DNA of 32,000 nucleotides from Candidatus Syntropharchaeum caldarium (GTDB lineage: Archaea; Halobacteriota; Syntropharchaeia; Syntropharchaeales; Syntropharchaeaceae). The translations under genes were made by a program, and so were the position numbers. A model generated the notes under the pieces. It was not told the DNA's origin, made no database searches, and saw only the letters and a list, made by a program, of their open reading frames with translations. The stretch covers positions 133,610 to 165,609 of the forward strand of contig LYOS01000004.1 in the NCBI GenBank assembly GCA_001766815.1. Direction: 5' to 3'. Shown here in pieces: positions 8,408 through 16,747 of the stretch; the first letter of the stretch is position 1, and every line of letters begins with the position of its first letter.

Positions 8408-9163
8408 ATGCAATTTGAGGTGATACCTGCGATCGATCTTAAAGCTGGAAAGTGCGTACAGCTTGTTCAGGGGGTTAAAGAGCATGAACTCATCTCAATT
8501 AATAACCCGCTGGATGTTGCAACAAGATGGATTGATGAGGGGGCAGATACGCTTCATATAATTGATCTTGATGGTGCGTTTGGAGAGGAGAATACAAACA
8601 CCAGGATTATTTTTGAGATACTCGATCTATCAGAAAGGCGGGGTGTCACCACGCAGGTTGGTGGGGGGATAAGGACGGTAGAGTATGCTGCCAGGCTCCT
8701 TGAAGCAGGAGCGGCCCGAATCATACTTGGCACCGCTGCTCTCGAAAACCCGGATTTTGTGGAGACGCTTGTCCATACCTATGCCGCCGAGCGTGTGATG
8801 GTTGCACTTGATGCACGATCTGGCGAGGTTCAGGTTGAAGGCTGGCAGAAAGGCGCGGGCGAATCTCCTGCAAAACTCGCTCAGTTTTTTGAGAAGATCG
8901 GTGCAGGATGGGTACTTTTTACAAATATCGATGTTGAGGGGCTCATGCGTGGAATTCTGATCGATCCGATCGTTGATCTCATTTCTGCTGTCAACATCCC
9001 CGTTATTGTTGCTGGTGGAGTTACAACAATCGATGACATAAAGTTAATACAAAAAAGCGGTGCGCGTGGTGCAATACTCGGGAGTGCACTTTACAAAGGT
9101 AAAATAACACTTACTGATGCTTTGAATGCAGTGAAAGAAGGCAGAGTGCAGGAAGATCTTTGA
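8408..9163 (+). CDS. hisA: ProFAR isomerase (1-(5-phosphoribosyl)-5-[(5-phosphoribosylamino)methylideneamino]imidazole-4-carboxamide isomerase)
   Basis: VIPAIDLKAGKCVQLVQG, HIIDLDGA, QVGGGIR and VIVAGGV are HisA (beta/alpha)8-barrel hallmarks. Length is 251 aa. Confidence 0.9.
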   Translation: MQFEVIPAIDLKAGKCVQLVQGVKEHELISINNPLDVATRWIDEGADTLHIIDLDGAFGEENTNTRIIFEILDLSERRGVTTQVGGGIRTVEYAARLLEAGAARIILGTAALENPDFVETLVHTYAAERVMVALDARSGEVQVEGWQKGAGESPAKLAQFFEKIGAGWVLFTNIDVEGLMRGILIDPIVDLISAVNIPVIVAGGVTTIDDIKLIQKSGARGAILGSALYKGKITLTDALNAVKEGRVQEDL

Positions 9164-9241
9164 CATTTACAATTATCTGAAACTAAAGATATTTAAACTC
9201 CTGTAGAATTAAAATGTTTGATACCATATAGGTGGAGAAGG

Positions 9242-9523
9242 ATGGCTAAGAAGTACACGAAGAAAGGCCGCAAATCCAGATCAGCGGGTAGATTTGGGGC
9301 GAGATACGGTAGAAAGATACGGAAACTTGTTGCTGACGTTGAAGAACAGATGCGAGCACCATACAACTGCCCCTCTTGCAATAAACAATTCGTTTCAAGA
9401 GTGGGGACCGGGATCTGGAAGTGTTCAAAGTGCGGGTTGATATTTACAGGTGGTGCATACGTCCCAACCACTCCAGTAGGGGAGTCCGTATTTAAAGCGA
9501 TTAAAAGGTCGCAGGATGAATGA
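9242..9523 (+). CDS. rpl37ae: 50S ribosomal protein L37Ae (eL43)
   Basis: [28 protein letters not shown] followed by the zinc ribbon CPSC...CSKCG. I start it at ATG 9242, which is preceded by GGTGGAGAAGG, rather than at the ORF-track start of 9218. Confidence 0.9.
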   Translation: MAKKYTKKGRKSRSAGRFGARYGRKIRKLVADVEEQMRAPYNCPSCNKQFVSRVGTGIWKCSKCGLIFTGGAYVPTTPVGESVFKAIKRSQDE

Positions 9524-9968
9524 GCTACAAAAAAATCTTTTGAACGAGCTTCAAACAGGAATCCCAGTCGTTGAAAGACCTTTTCTCGAGTTATCAAAAC
9601 GGCTTGGGCTTGAGGAGAGTACGCTCATCGAAGAGATACGGTCACTACTTGAGAAAGGTTACATCAGACGGATTGGCCCAATATTCGATGCTTCTGCACT
9701 TGGTATGGTAGGTACGCTTGCTGCGATCGCAGTCCCTGAAGAAGAGCTTGATCGTGTGGCAAATTTCATAAACAGATTTGAAGAAGTATCACACAATTAT
9801 CTGAGGGTTGCTGAGGGTGTACCTTACAATCTCTGGTTTACAGTATCAGCGAAGGATAACGATGAACTCGATCGTATAATAAGCAGGATCAGGGAAGAGA
9901 TCGAATACCCGCTTATAGTACTCCCAACAAAGAGGCTTTTTAAGATAGGCGTTGAATTCAGGCTGTGA
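9516..9968 (+). CDS. ahbA: siroheme decarboxylase subunit (AhbA/AhbB, NirD/L/G/H-like Lrp/AsnC-fold protein)
   Basis: [50 protein letters not shown] is the N-terminal winged-helix pattern of the NirDL/Ahb family. It is paired with a paralogue and lies next to hemA. Which paralogue is A and which is B cannot be decided by eye. Its start overlaps the rpl37ae stop (ATGAATGA). Confidence 0.7.
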   Translation: MNELQKNLLNELQTGIPVVERPFLELSKRLGLEESTLIEEIRSLLEKGYIRRIGPIFDASALGMVGTLAAIAVPEEELDRVANFINRFEEVSHNYLRVAEGVPYNLWFTVSAKDNDELDRIISRIREEIEYPLIVLPTKRLFKIGVEFRL

Positions 9969-9978
9969 GGTTTGGCAG

Positions 9979-10437
9979 ATGGATCAGGTGGATCGTGAGA
10001 TCTTGGAAAAAATTCAGGATGGCATTCCCATAGTTGAAAAGCCGTTTTCTGAGATTGGAGAATCGCTCGGACTTGATGAGAGTGAAGTGATCGACCGATT
10101 GAACAGATTGATCGATGAAGGGAAAGTACGGCGTTTTGCAGCCTCGATTGCACACATCAAGGTCGGGATAAACGCGAACGCGATGTGTGTATGGGATGTT
10201 CCTGATGAGCGTGTGGAGGAGGTTGGCTCGATCTGTGCGAGTTTTCCCGAGGTTACACACTGTTATGAGCGGCCAAGGTTGGATGACTGGCATTATAATC
10301 TATTTACAATGGTTCATGGAAAGAGTCGAAAAGAATGTGAAGAAGTTATCCAGCGAATCTCAGAGCGGATAAATATAGATACTTTTATTATTCTCTTCAG
10401 TGATAAGGAATATAAAAAGACTGGTGTCAGGCTTTAG
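9979..10437 (+). CDS. ahbB: siroheme decarboxylase subunit (AhbA/AhbB paralogue)
   Basis: ILEKIQDGIPIVEKPFSEIGESLGLDESEVIDRLNRLIDEGKVRRFAASI is paralogous to the preceding gene. I start it at ATG 9979, which has GTGAGGT 9-14 nt upstream, rather than at 9952. Confidence 0.7.
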   Translation: MDQVDREILEKIQDGIPIVEKPFSEIGESLGLDESEVIDRLNRLIDEGKVRRFAASIAHIKVGINANAMCVWDVPDERVEEVGSICASFPEVTHCYERPRLDDWHYNLFTMVHGKSRKECEEVIQRISERINIDTFIILFSDKEYKKTGVRL

Positions 10438-10454
10438 ACGGAGGGAAGCTCGCG

Positions 10455-11702
10455 ATGGATGAGATCTGGAGCATACTAATCACCCACAAGACCGCTGACA
10501 TAGCTGATATTGAGCGGGCGTGGCATGGAGATGTGAAAAGCCTGAATCGTATGATTGCATCGGATGAACATGTAGAAGAGTGTGTCTCGCTCAAGACCTG
10601 CAACCGTGTCGAGGTCTATATCGTATCGTCTGAACCCACCAAGGTCTTTGATAGGATCCTTGCGAGGGCAAAGAAGGGCGGGTTATTCGATCTCATCGAG
10701 ATACACGATCCAAAACGATCGATCTTTCACCTATTGAGGCTTTCTTCTGGGCTTGAATCGATGATGGTTGGTGAAGATCAGATACTCGGACAGATCAAAG
10801 ATCTATTTGAGTTAGCCAAAGAAAGTGGAACAGTTGGACCTAAGCTAAATCATGTATTTAACAAGGCGATACAGGTTGGAAAACGAGTAAGATCAGAGAC
10901 CAATATCAACAAAGGCTATATATCGATTGGATCTGCGGCTGTGGATCTTGCAGAGAAGATAATTGGTGAGCTTGTTGACAAGAAGATTCTCATCATCGGT
11001 GCGGGTGAGATGGCAAATCTTGTCGGCAAGGCGCTCGCGGCAAAGGGACTTGAGGCGATCTATATCGCAAACCGTACATTTGAGCGCGCGCGTGTGATGG
11101 CAGAAAAACTTGGTGGGGTTGCGGTCAGGTTTGATGAGATAGAATCATACCTTGGGATTGCAGATATTGTGATAAGTGCGACCTCTGCACCGCATTTTGT
11201 TATAACTACTGATATGGTAAAAGCAGCGATGGCTGAGCGTAATAAAAAACTCCTTCTCATCGATATTGCAAATCCACGCGATATAGAGGCGGAAGTCGGC
11301 GAGATCCCGGGCGTGAGCCTGCAGAATATTGATAACCTCCGTATATTAAGCGAGAGGAATATTGAACGCCGCAAGATGGAGGTTGAGAAGGTTGAACAGA
11401 TCATAGCCGAAGAGTATGATCGGCTCGTAGATGAATTTAAGGTGAAAGCGGCTGACGGAATCCTGAACCAACTTTATACGATGGCGGAGGATATACGTAG
11501 AAGAGAGACCGAACGGGCACTGCGGATGATAGATCTATATAATTATGACCCTGAAAAGACGGTAAAGATCGTTAATGACCTGACCAGTGCGATCGTGTCG
11601 AAGATTCTGGCAGACCCCACGACTGCAATAAAGAACGCAACAAGATGCGATAATAAGGATCTCGTCCTTGCAGCATCCTGTCTATTCGACCTGAGTGATT
11701 GA
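10455..11702 (+). CDS. hemA: glutamyl-tRNA reductase
   Basis: Catalytic-cysteine motif SLKTCNRVEVY, then GLESMMVGEDQILGQIK and the NADPH site IIGAGEMA. SD GGAGGG lies 8 nt upstream. Confidence 0.92.
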   Translation: MDEIWSILITHKTADIADIERAWHGDVKSLNRMIASDEHVEECVSLKTCNRVEVYIVSSEPTKVFDRILARAKKGGLFDLIEIHDPKRSIFHLLRLSSGLESMMVGEDQILGQIKDLFELAKESGTVGPKLNHVFNKAIQVGKRVRSETNINKGYISIGSAAVDLAEKIIGELVDKKILIIGAGEMANLVGKALAAKGLEAIYIANRTFERARVMAEKLGGVAVRFDEIESYLGIADIVISATSAPHFVITTDMVKAAMAERNKKLLLIDIANPRDIEAEVGEIPGVSLQNIDNLRILSERNIERRKMEVEKVEQIIAEEYDRLVDEFKVKAADGILNQLYTMAEDIRRRETERALRMIDLYNYDPEKTVKIVNDLTSAIVSKILADPTTAIKNATRCDNKDLVLAASCLFDLSD

Positions 11703-12333
11703 TTATATGCGCGCATCCTGTCTGATCACGTTCATACTTATTCTGATGATCCTCCCACCACTCTTCATGCAGGGCGTGGGAGCAAAGGATGTTTATCCGC
11801 CGGGGATTACCCGTCTACTTGGGGGTGGCCATCCAACCCAGGCATGTGATTACTGCCATTCTGTTCTAATTCCCGATCGATCTGAGCGAAATGGTATTCT
11901 TGGCTCATGTATCTGCCATAAAGATCAGTACTCACCCTCTGGAAAGGTGGATATGGATCTTGTGAGCAAAGGACATGACGGAAAACCCTGTGTACGGTGT
12001 CATACCGGTCTCAAGCTTGCAGAACTTGATGCAAACCAGTATCACCTCCTCCATGCGAATGTTGAGTGCACATGGTGCCATAAGAAGAGCACAACAGGGT
12101 TCATGGTTCCCGAGATGACGTGCGATGATTGCCATACAGGAGGGCCGCATGTTGTGCATGAGGGTAAAACCGAAATGCTCTGCACGGCATGTCACGGTCA
12201 GTATGGCGAGCAGTATCAGAGTGCAGGAGCACCGATCTCAAAAGTTGTGAACGGGACAGAAGAGGCTTCAAGAGAGTATATCACGATTCTTGGAATTTTT
12301 AAAAGTCTACTGGGCAGGTATCTCGGTGCGTAA
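11695..12333 (+). CDS. secreted or membrane-anchored multiheme c-type cytochrome (five CxxCH sites)
   Basis: Five canonical heme-binding motifs: CDYCH, CVRCH, CTWCH, CDDCH and CTACH. There is also one CICH (CxCH). N-terminal signal/TM segment CLITFILILMILPPLFMQGVGA. The start is either GTG 11695, which overlaps the hemA stop, or ATG 11707. Confidence 0.8.
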   Translation: MIDYMRASCLITFILILMILPPLFMQGVGAKDVYPPGITRLLGGGHPTQACDYCHSVLIPDRSERNGILGSCICHKDQYSPSGKVDMDLVSKGHDGKPCVRCHTGLKLAELDANQYHLLHANVECTWCHKKSTTGFMVPEMTCDDCHTGGPHVVHEGKTEMLCTACHGQYGEQYQSAGAPISKVVNGTEEASREYITILGIFKSLLGRYLGA

Positions 12334-12748
12334 TCCAGTTCTCTTTCTCATCCTTTCACTCCTTCTCGCAGCATCAGGCTGCATTCAAACAACTGTCCCT
12401 GTTGTGAAGGCAGATATTAAAATCGAGCTTATAGATGGCACACCTGTGATAACTGCCATCAACCTGACCCCCTCTGAGGTTAACATACTCCGTGCACCAG
12501 CTGGTACAGATGTTGGGTTTCCGAGCGTGAATGGTCAGATGATCATAAACTTCGAGAACGTTGGATACTGGGCAGCGACTCCTTACAGAGGTGCGGGTAA
12601 TTACCTGCTTACACTGGGGTTCAGAAGGGACAGACTACCAGAAGATTTGGATCACATCAAAGTAGTTATCACGGTCAATGATGCAAATGGCAACACCATC
12701 GCCAGAGGGCAGCAGATGCTGATCTGGGGTTATAATGAGGATGAATAG
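12326..12748 (+). CDS. small secreted lipoprotein, function unknown
   Basis: From in-frame GTG 12326 the product begins (M)RNPVLFLILSLLLAASGC, a signal peptide with a lipobox-like LAASGC. GTGCGTAA overlaps the cytochrome stop, suggesting translational coupling. The ORF-track start at 12290 would place 12 extra residues before the signal peptide. Confidence 0.5.
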   Translation: MRNPVLFLILSLLLAASGCIQTTVPVVKADIKIELIDGTPVITAINLTPSEVNILRAPAGTDVGFPSVNGQMIINFENVGYWAATPYRGAGNYLLTLGFRRDRLPEDLDHIKVVITVNDANGNTIARGQQMLIWGYNEDE

Positions 12749-12764
12749 TAACTGGTTCAGGTGC

Positions 12765-12772
12765 TTTTATAA
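12765..12772 (+). promoter_or_regulatory. candidate TATA box for the rsbRSTX-like operon
   Basis: TTTTATAA lies in the 70-nt gap upstream of the operon. The predicted TSS is near 12795, leaving a leader that contains GTGAGG before ATG 12820. Confidence 0.35.
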
Positions 12773-12819
12773 TGTTTGCACGTGAAATATAGATAGATCT
12801 GTGCGTGAGGTATGTGAGA

Positions 12820-13662
12820 ATGGTCAGCGATAAAAATGTTACAGCGAAACTGGTCGCCCTCTTCGAAGAGAGCGAAGAGGAATTGATAGATCGCTGGATT
12901 GAGAGGGTGGAGAAGCTAAAGCTTGTTAGTGGGCTTTCGGAGGAAGAGAGAGCCAAACAATTTAAGTATGTCTATCATGCAAGTCTCATGGCCCTTAAGA
13001 GCGAGGATTACAGTGAGGTCAAGGCGCTTGCAAGCAGGATCGCAAAACAAGGCTCGCTTGAAGGCATACCGGTCAATGAGATCCTTTTGAGCTTCATGCA
13101 GTTGCGGGATGTTCGCATAAGAAAACTCTTCATGACATACCGTGATAATCTCGACGAGCTCCTTGATTTGCTGGAACACTTCGAGCAGATCTCGAACAAA
13201 ATGTTCTCAATCGTCGTATCGGCACTACTGAAAGAACAGGAGAAAGTGATATACGAGCAGCAGCGTGCCATGCTTGAACTCTCAACACCTGTCCTTCAGC
13301 TTCGAGATGAAGCGCTTGTCATGCCGTTGATTGGAGTAATCGATTCAGATCGGGCATCGAGGATTGTGGAAGAGTTGCTTCGAAAGATCGTCGAGACACG
13401 GGCTTCGGTCGTTGTTATGGATATGACCGGTGTACCGGTCATCGATACAGCTGTTGCAAATCACATATTAAAAACCGTCATGGCTGCAAAACTGCTCGGA
13501 GCTGAGACAATAATCACGGGAATAAGCCCTGCAAATGCCCAGACGATTGTAACACTCGGTATTGACCTTTCGATGATCAAAACAAAGAGCACACTCCAGG
13601 AAGGAATCAAATTGATGGATGAAATACTTGGATTAGAAGTTAGAAAGGGGCATAAGCAATGA
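12820..13662 (+). CDS. rsbR: RsbR-like stressosome sensor (N-terminal RsbR-type helical/globin-like domain plus C-terminal STAS domain)
   Basis: The C-terminal STAS reads VLQLRDEALVMPLIGVIDSDRA...VVVMDMTGVPVIDTAVANHILK...TGISPANAQTIVTLGI. Both Thr contexts phosphorylated in Bacillus RsbRA are kept (V.DT and AQT). An N-terminal ~150-aa helical domain precedes it. Start placed at ATG 12820. Confidence 0.8.
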   Translation: MVSDKNVTAKLVALFEESEEELIDRWIERVEKLKLVSGLSEEERAKQFKYVYHASLMALKSEDYSEVKALASRIAKQGSLEGIPVNEILLSFMQLRDVRIRKLFMTYRDNLDELLDLLEHFEQISNKMFSIVVSALLKEQEKVIYEQQRAMLELSTPVLQLRDEALVMPLIGVIDSDRASRIVEELLRKIVETRASVVVMDMTGVPVIDTAVANHILKTVMAAKLLGAETIITGISPANAQTIVTLGIDLSMIKTKSTLQEGIKLMDEILGLEVRKGHKQ

Positions 13663-14024
13663 TCATTCCAATACTCAAGATCGGTGATGTTCTGATCGTA
13701 ACCATCCAGACCGAGCTTACAGATCGTGAGATTGAGGAATTGAGCCATGATATCCTGGATCAGATAAAGAAGGTCGGTGCAAGAGGGGTTGTCATCGATA
13801 TTTCTGCCCTCAAGACAGTTGACAGTTACATGGCAAGGTCACTCAACTCGATTGCAAGTGCATCGATGTTGCTCGGTTCCGAGACGGTTGTGGTTGGTAT
13901 CCAGCCTGCGGTCGCATTGACACTGGTGGAACTCGGGCTTCGTGTGAGCTGGGGCGTGAAAACTGCGCTGAACCTTGAGAAAGGACTTGAAATGCTGAAA
14001 GTCAATGTGAAAAAGTCCGGGTGA
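13659..14024 (+). CDS. rsbS: RsbS-like single-STAS stressosome scaffold/antagonist
   Basis: 121 aa. IPILKIGDVLIVTIQ...GVVIDISALKTVDSYMA...VVVGIQPAVALTLVELGL, with the conserved phospho-acceptor Ser in the VDS context. ATGA overlap with rsbR. Confidence 0.85.
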   Translation: MIIPILKIGDVLIVTIQTELTDREIEELSHDILDQIKKVGARGVVIDISALKTVDSYMARSLNSIASASMLLGSETVVVGIQPAVALTLVELGLRVSWGVKTALNLEKGLEMLKVNVKKSG

Positions 14025-14434
14025 AATATTCAATGGACGATGAACGAGTTCTCAAGGTGGAGAGAGACGTTGATGTAATTTATATACGCGAAGTGGGCAG
14101 GGAGATGGCAGCTGAAGCGGGTTTTGGGGTGCTCGATCAAACACGAATTACAACCGCGATCTCAGAGCTTGCCCGCAACATAATCGTTCATGCAAATTGT
14201 GGACTGGTTGTGATCAGAAAGGTCCAAAGAGGCGATAAAATAGGAATTGAGATTGTATGCAAAGATGAGGGGCCAGGGATTGAAGACATCGATAAGGCAC
14301 TCAAGGAAGGTTATACAACATCAGGGGGGCTTGGGATCGGGATGGCGGGGGCAAAACGGCTGATGGATGAGTTCCATGTCGAGTCTGTCCAGGATAAAGG
14401 TACCACAGTAGTTGTGAGGAAATGGCTGAAGTGA
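14021..14434 (+). CDS. rsbT: RsbT-like serine/threonine kinase (GHKL/HATPase, anti-sigma-factor-type)
   Basis: N box ELARNIIVHA, G1 box DEGPGI, G2 box TSGGLGIGMAGAKRL. 137 aa. GTGA overlap with rsbS. Confidence 0.85.
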   Translation: MKYSMDDERVLKVERDVDVIYIREVGREMAAEAGFGVLDQTRITTAISELARNIIVHANCGLVVIRKVQRGDKIGIEIVCKDEGPGIEDIDKALKEGYTTSGGLGIGMAGAKRLMDEFHVESVQDKGTTVVVRKWLK

Positions 14435-15006
14435 AGATCGGGATTGCAACACGTCCCAGAAACGGATACTTCGAGAATGGTGATGGATATTTCACCAAAC
14501 AGTGGGACGATATGCTCTTTCTTGCCATCTTTGACGGGCTTGGACATGGGAAGGTTGCAGCAGCGGCATCAGAAAGGTGTCTCTCAATCCTCAAAGAATA
14601 CTATCAAGCTCCGTTATCTGTGATCTTCGCGACTGCACACGATGCACTTCGCCGTACACGTGGCGTTGTGATGGGAATCGCCCTGGTCAATCTCTCCACG
14701 CTTCTGTTGAGGTATGCGGGAGTGGGCAACATTGCAACAATGGTTATCAGCGATGAGCAAAGCACACACCTCATCTCGATGGATGGAATTGTGGGTTACA
14801 CTCTACCTACCATAAAAGAGTTCACACACCAGCTTATACATGGGGATGTCATCATGATGTATACGGATGGGATCTCATCATCCAACCTTTCTCTCTGTCC
14901 ACGTGAACAATTGAAGGGCGCAGATCCACAATTTGTCTCAGAAGAGATCCTGAAGAAACATGCCAAGAGCGAGGATGATGCAACCATTCTGATCGCTCAT
15001 ATCTGA
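14422..15006 (+). CDS. rsbX: RsbX-like PP2C/SpoIIE-family phosphatase
   Basis: GDGYF, FDGLGHG, MYTDGI and EDDATILIA are PPM metal-binding motifs. 194 aa. 13-nt overlap with rsbT. Confidence 0.8.
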   Translation: MAEVKIGIATRPRNGYFENGDGYFTKQWDDMLFLAIFDGLGHGKVAAAASERCLSILKEYYQAPLSVIFATAHDALRRTRGVVMGIALVNLSTLLLRYAGVGNIATMVISDEQSTHLISMDGIVGYTLPTIKEFTHQLIHGDVIMMYTDGISSSNLSLCPREQLKGADPQFVSEEILKKHAKSEDDATILIAHI

Positions 15007-15102
15007 AGCAGAAATGGGCACTGACTCCGCTCATCGTGGTGAACAAAGTTATATATATGAACAGGGGAATGTATCTCTATTGTAAAGATAGGAGGTTCAA
15101 AA

Positions 15103-15429
15103 ATGAGTAAATGGTTATGGCCACAGCCAAACAAAAAAAACTGGCTTGTCGTGACAGATGAGAAAGCAGGAACAATAAAAGTATACAGCGAGAAAGGTGA
15201 ACTTCTAACCGATAAAACAAACTTAAGTGAAGTCGTAGTAAAACTGATCGAGAAGAATTTCTTTGATACGGTTGGCATCAAACTCTCTGAGCTTGGTGAG
15301 CCGTTAAACCCTGCAATGGAAAAAGCAGTGAAGGAGTGTCACGGCTGTTCATTATCAACACAGGCCACAGAGAGTAAGGAAACCACAAAGAAGCAGAGTT
15401 TTAAAGAACCTGATCCGATGTTCGCCTGA
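15103..15429 (+). CDS. hypothetical protein (108 aa)
   Basis: Strong SD (GGAGGT 7 nt upstream) and a TATA-like TTATATATAT at 15049-15058. No recognisable family. AT-richer than its neighbours. Contains a CHGC motif and a charged, disordered-looking tail. Confidence 0.45.
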   Translation: MSKWLWPQPNKKNWLVVTDEKAGTIKVYSEKGELLTDKTNLSEVVVKLIEKNFFDTVGIKLSELGEPLNPAMEKAVKECHGCSLSTQATESKETTKKQSFKEPDPMFA

Positions 15430-15439
15430 ATAATAAGCG

Positions 15440-16747
15440 TTAAAGTGCCTCAAGGAGCTTTATTATCTTTGAGGTAACTTCAGTCCCGCTTTTCCCGGTC
15501 ACTCTTATCATAGCCTCTTTTCCGATCCCGCCTTTATCATAGATCAGATCGGGAATGCACCCATACTCTTTTATGACAGACGTAACACCCCAGTCCATCG
15601 TATTCACTCCTTCTGGCTCATCTTCACGACTGAATGATCCTGACAGGAATTCGATACTGGAAGCTACATCTATTATCTCATCGCTGTATCGTATGTTGCA
15701 GCATGCCCTCATATCTGGATCAAAACGCATCATGCTAAGTACGATACGTGCGATATGGTCACTCGCTCCAAACTCAACAGGTCCAACCTGAACTGCAGCG
15801 TTACCACATTTCACGATCCTGCCACGAACTGCTGCAACATCTTCCTTTCCCTTCGCATTCGGGATCGCAACTGCAAGGTTTGATCCAACTTCTGGCAGGA
15901 GTCTGGTGATCCTGTGATCCAGCAACCTGCAAACGGCATTTTTTACATCCTCGATCACAAGGTAACGATTCGATGTTCTGATTAAACGTGCCGACTGGTT
16001 GACAGGTATAAGCCCATATCCAACAGGATAAGCATCAATTATGCCCTCCATCACAAACCGCTTTGCACTTTCTGCGGCATCGAGAAGGTTCATTCCACGG
16101 ACGATATTTACCGCTATGGATGAGGTATATGTGCAACCAGTTCCATGAAAATTGCCCTCAACAACCTCCAGACCTTCACCAATGAGACTTAAGTTACCCT
16201 CTTCATCAAGGAGTAAGTCGGTGCCTTCGGTATCCCCGCCTGTGATTATCACATTTGCTGCACCAAGCCGGGATAGTTCCCGTGCTGCATCTGCTCCGCT
16301 TCTGCCAGTCAGTATCTCTGCCTCCTTTGCGTTTGGTATTACAAGGTAAGCAATGGATACAAGCTCCTCCTTCAGGAGATCTATTGAGTCCCTATCAAGA
16401 AGTTGACCGCCTGTTGTTGAGAGAATGACTGGATCGAGAAAGACCGGTGCCTCGATAGTAGAGAGCTCCCCGGCAATTGTCCTTATCGCTGCTCCACTTC
16501 CCACCATCCCAATCTTAACTGCAGCTATCGTCATATCTTCAACGATTGCCTGAATCTGGGATTGTATTATCGCAGGGGGAAGATCATAACGGCCAGAAAA
16601 GCCTGAAGTATTCTGTGAGGTGATCGAAGTTACAACTGAGGCACCATACTCACCCATCACCTGAAATGTCTTCAGATCTGCCTGAATACCTGCACCTGCA
16701 GAGGGGTCAGAACCTCCGATTGTGAGAAAAATATCTCGCCGATTCAT
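15440..16747 (-). CDS. thiDN: bifunctional ThiD-ThiN: hydroxymethylpyrimidine/phosphomethylpyrimidine kinase fused to an archaeal thiamine-phosphate synthase domain
   Basis: N-terminal ThiD motifs FLTIGGSDPSAGAGIQADLKTF and GTGCTYTS. The ~170-aa C-terminal extension is typical of archaeal ThiN. Confidence 0.85.
   Translation of the reverse strand: MNRRDIFLTIGGSDPSAGAGIQADLKTFQVMGEYGASVVTSITSQNTSGFSGRYDLPPAIIQSQIQAIVEDMTIAAVKIGMVGSGAAIRTIAGELSTIEAPVFLDPVILSTTGGQLLDRDSIDLLKEELVSIAYLVIPNAKEAEILTGRSGADAARELSRLGAANVIITGGDTEGTDLLLDEEGNLSLIGEGLEVVEGNFHGTGCTYTSSIAVNIVRGMNLLDAAESAKRFVMEGIIDAYPVGYGLIPVNQSARLIRTSNRYLVIEDVKNAVCRLLDHRITRLLPEVGSNLAVAIPNAKGKEDVAAVRGRIVKCGNAAVQVGPVEFGASDHIARIVLSMMRFDPDMRACCNIRYSDEIIDVASSIEFLSGSFSREDEPEGVNTMDWGVTSVIKEYGCIPDLIYDKGGIGKEAMIRVTGKSGTEVTSKIIKLLEAL

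Noticed and set aside
9193-9597. 134-aa minus-strand ORF over rpl37ae
   Set aside because: It lies antisense to a universally conserved ribosomal protein gene, and the plus-strand product is unmistakable.
12290-12325. ORF-track start (ATG 12290) for the small lipoprotein
   Set aside because: It would add 12 residues (MEFLKVYWAGIS) ahead of the signal peptide and overlap the cytochrome gene by 44 nt. In-frame GTG 12326 gives a standard n-h-lipobox signal and a GTGCGTAA coupling junction. The choice remains unproven.
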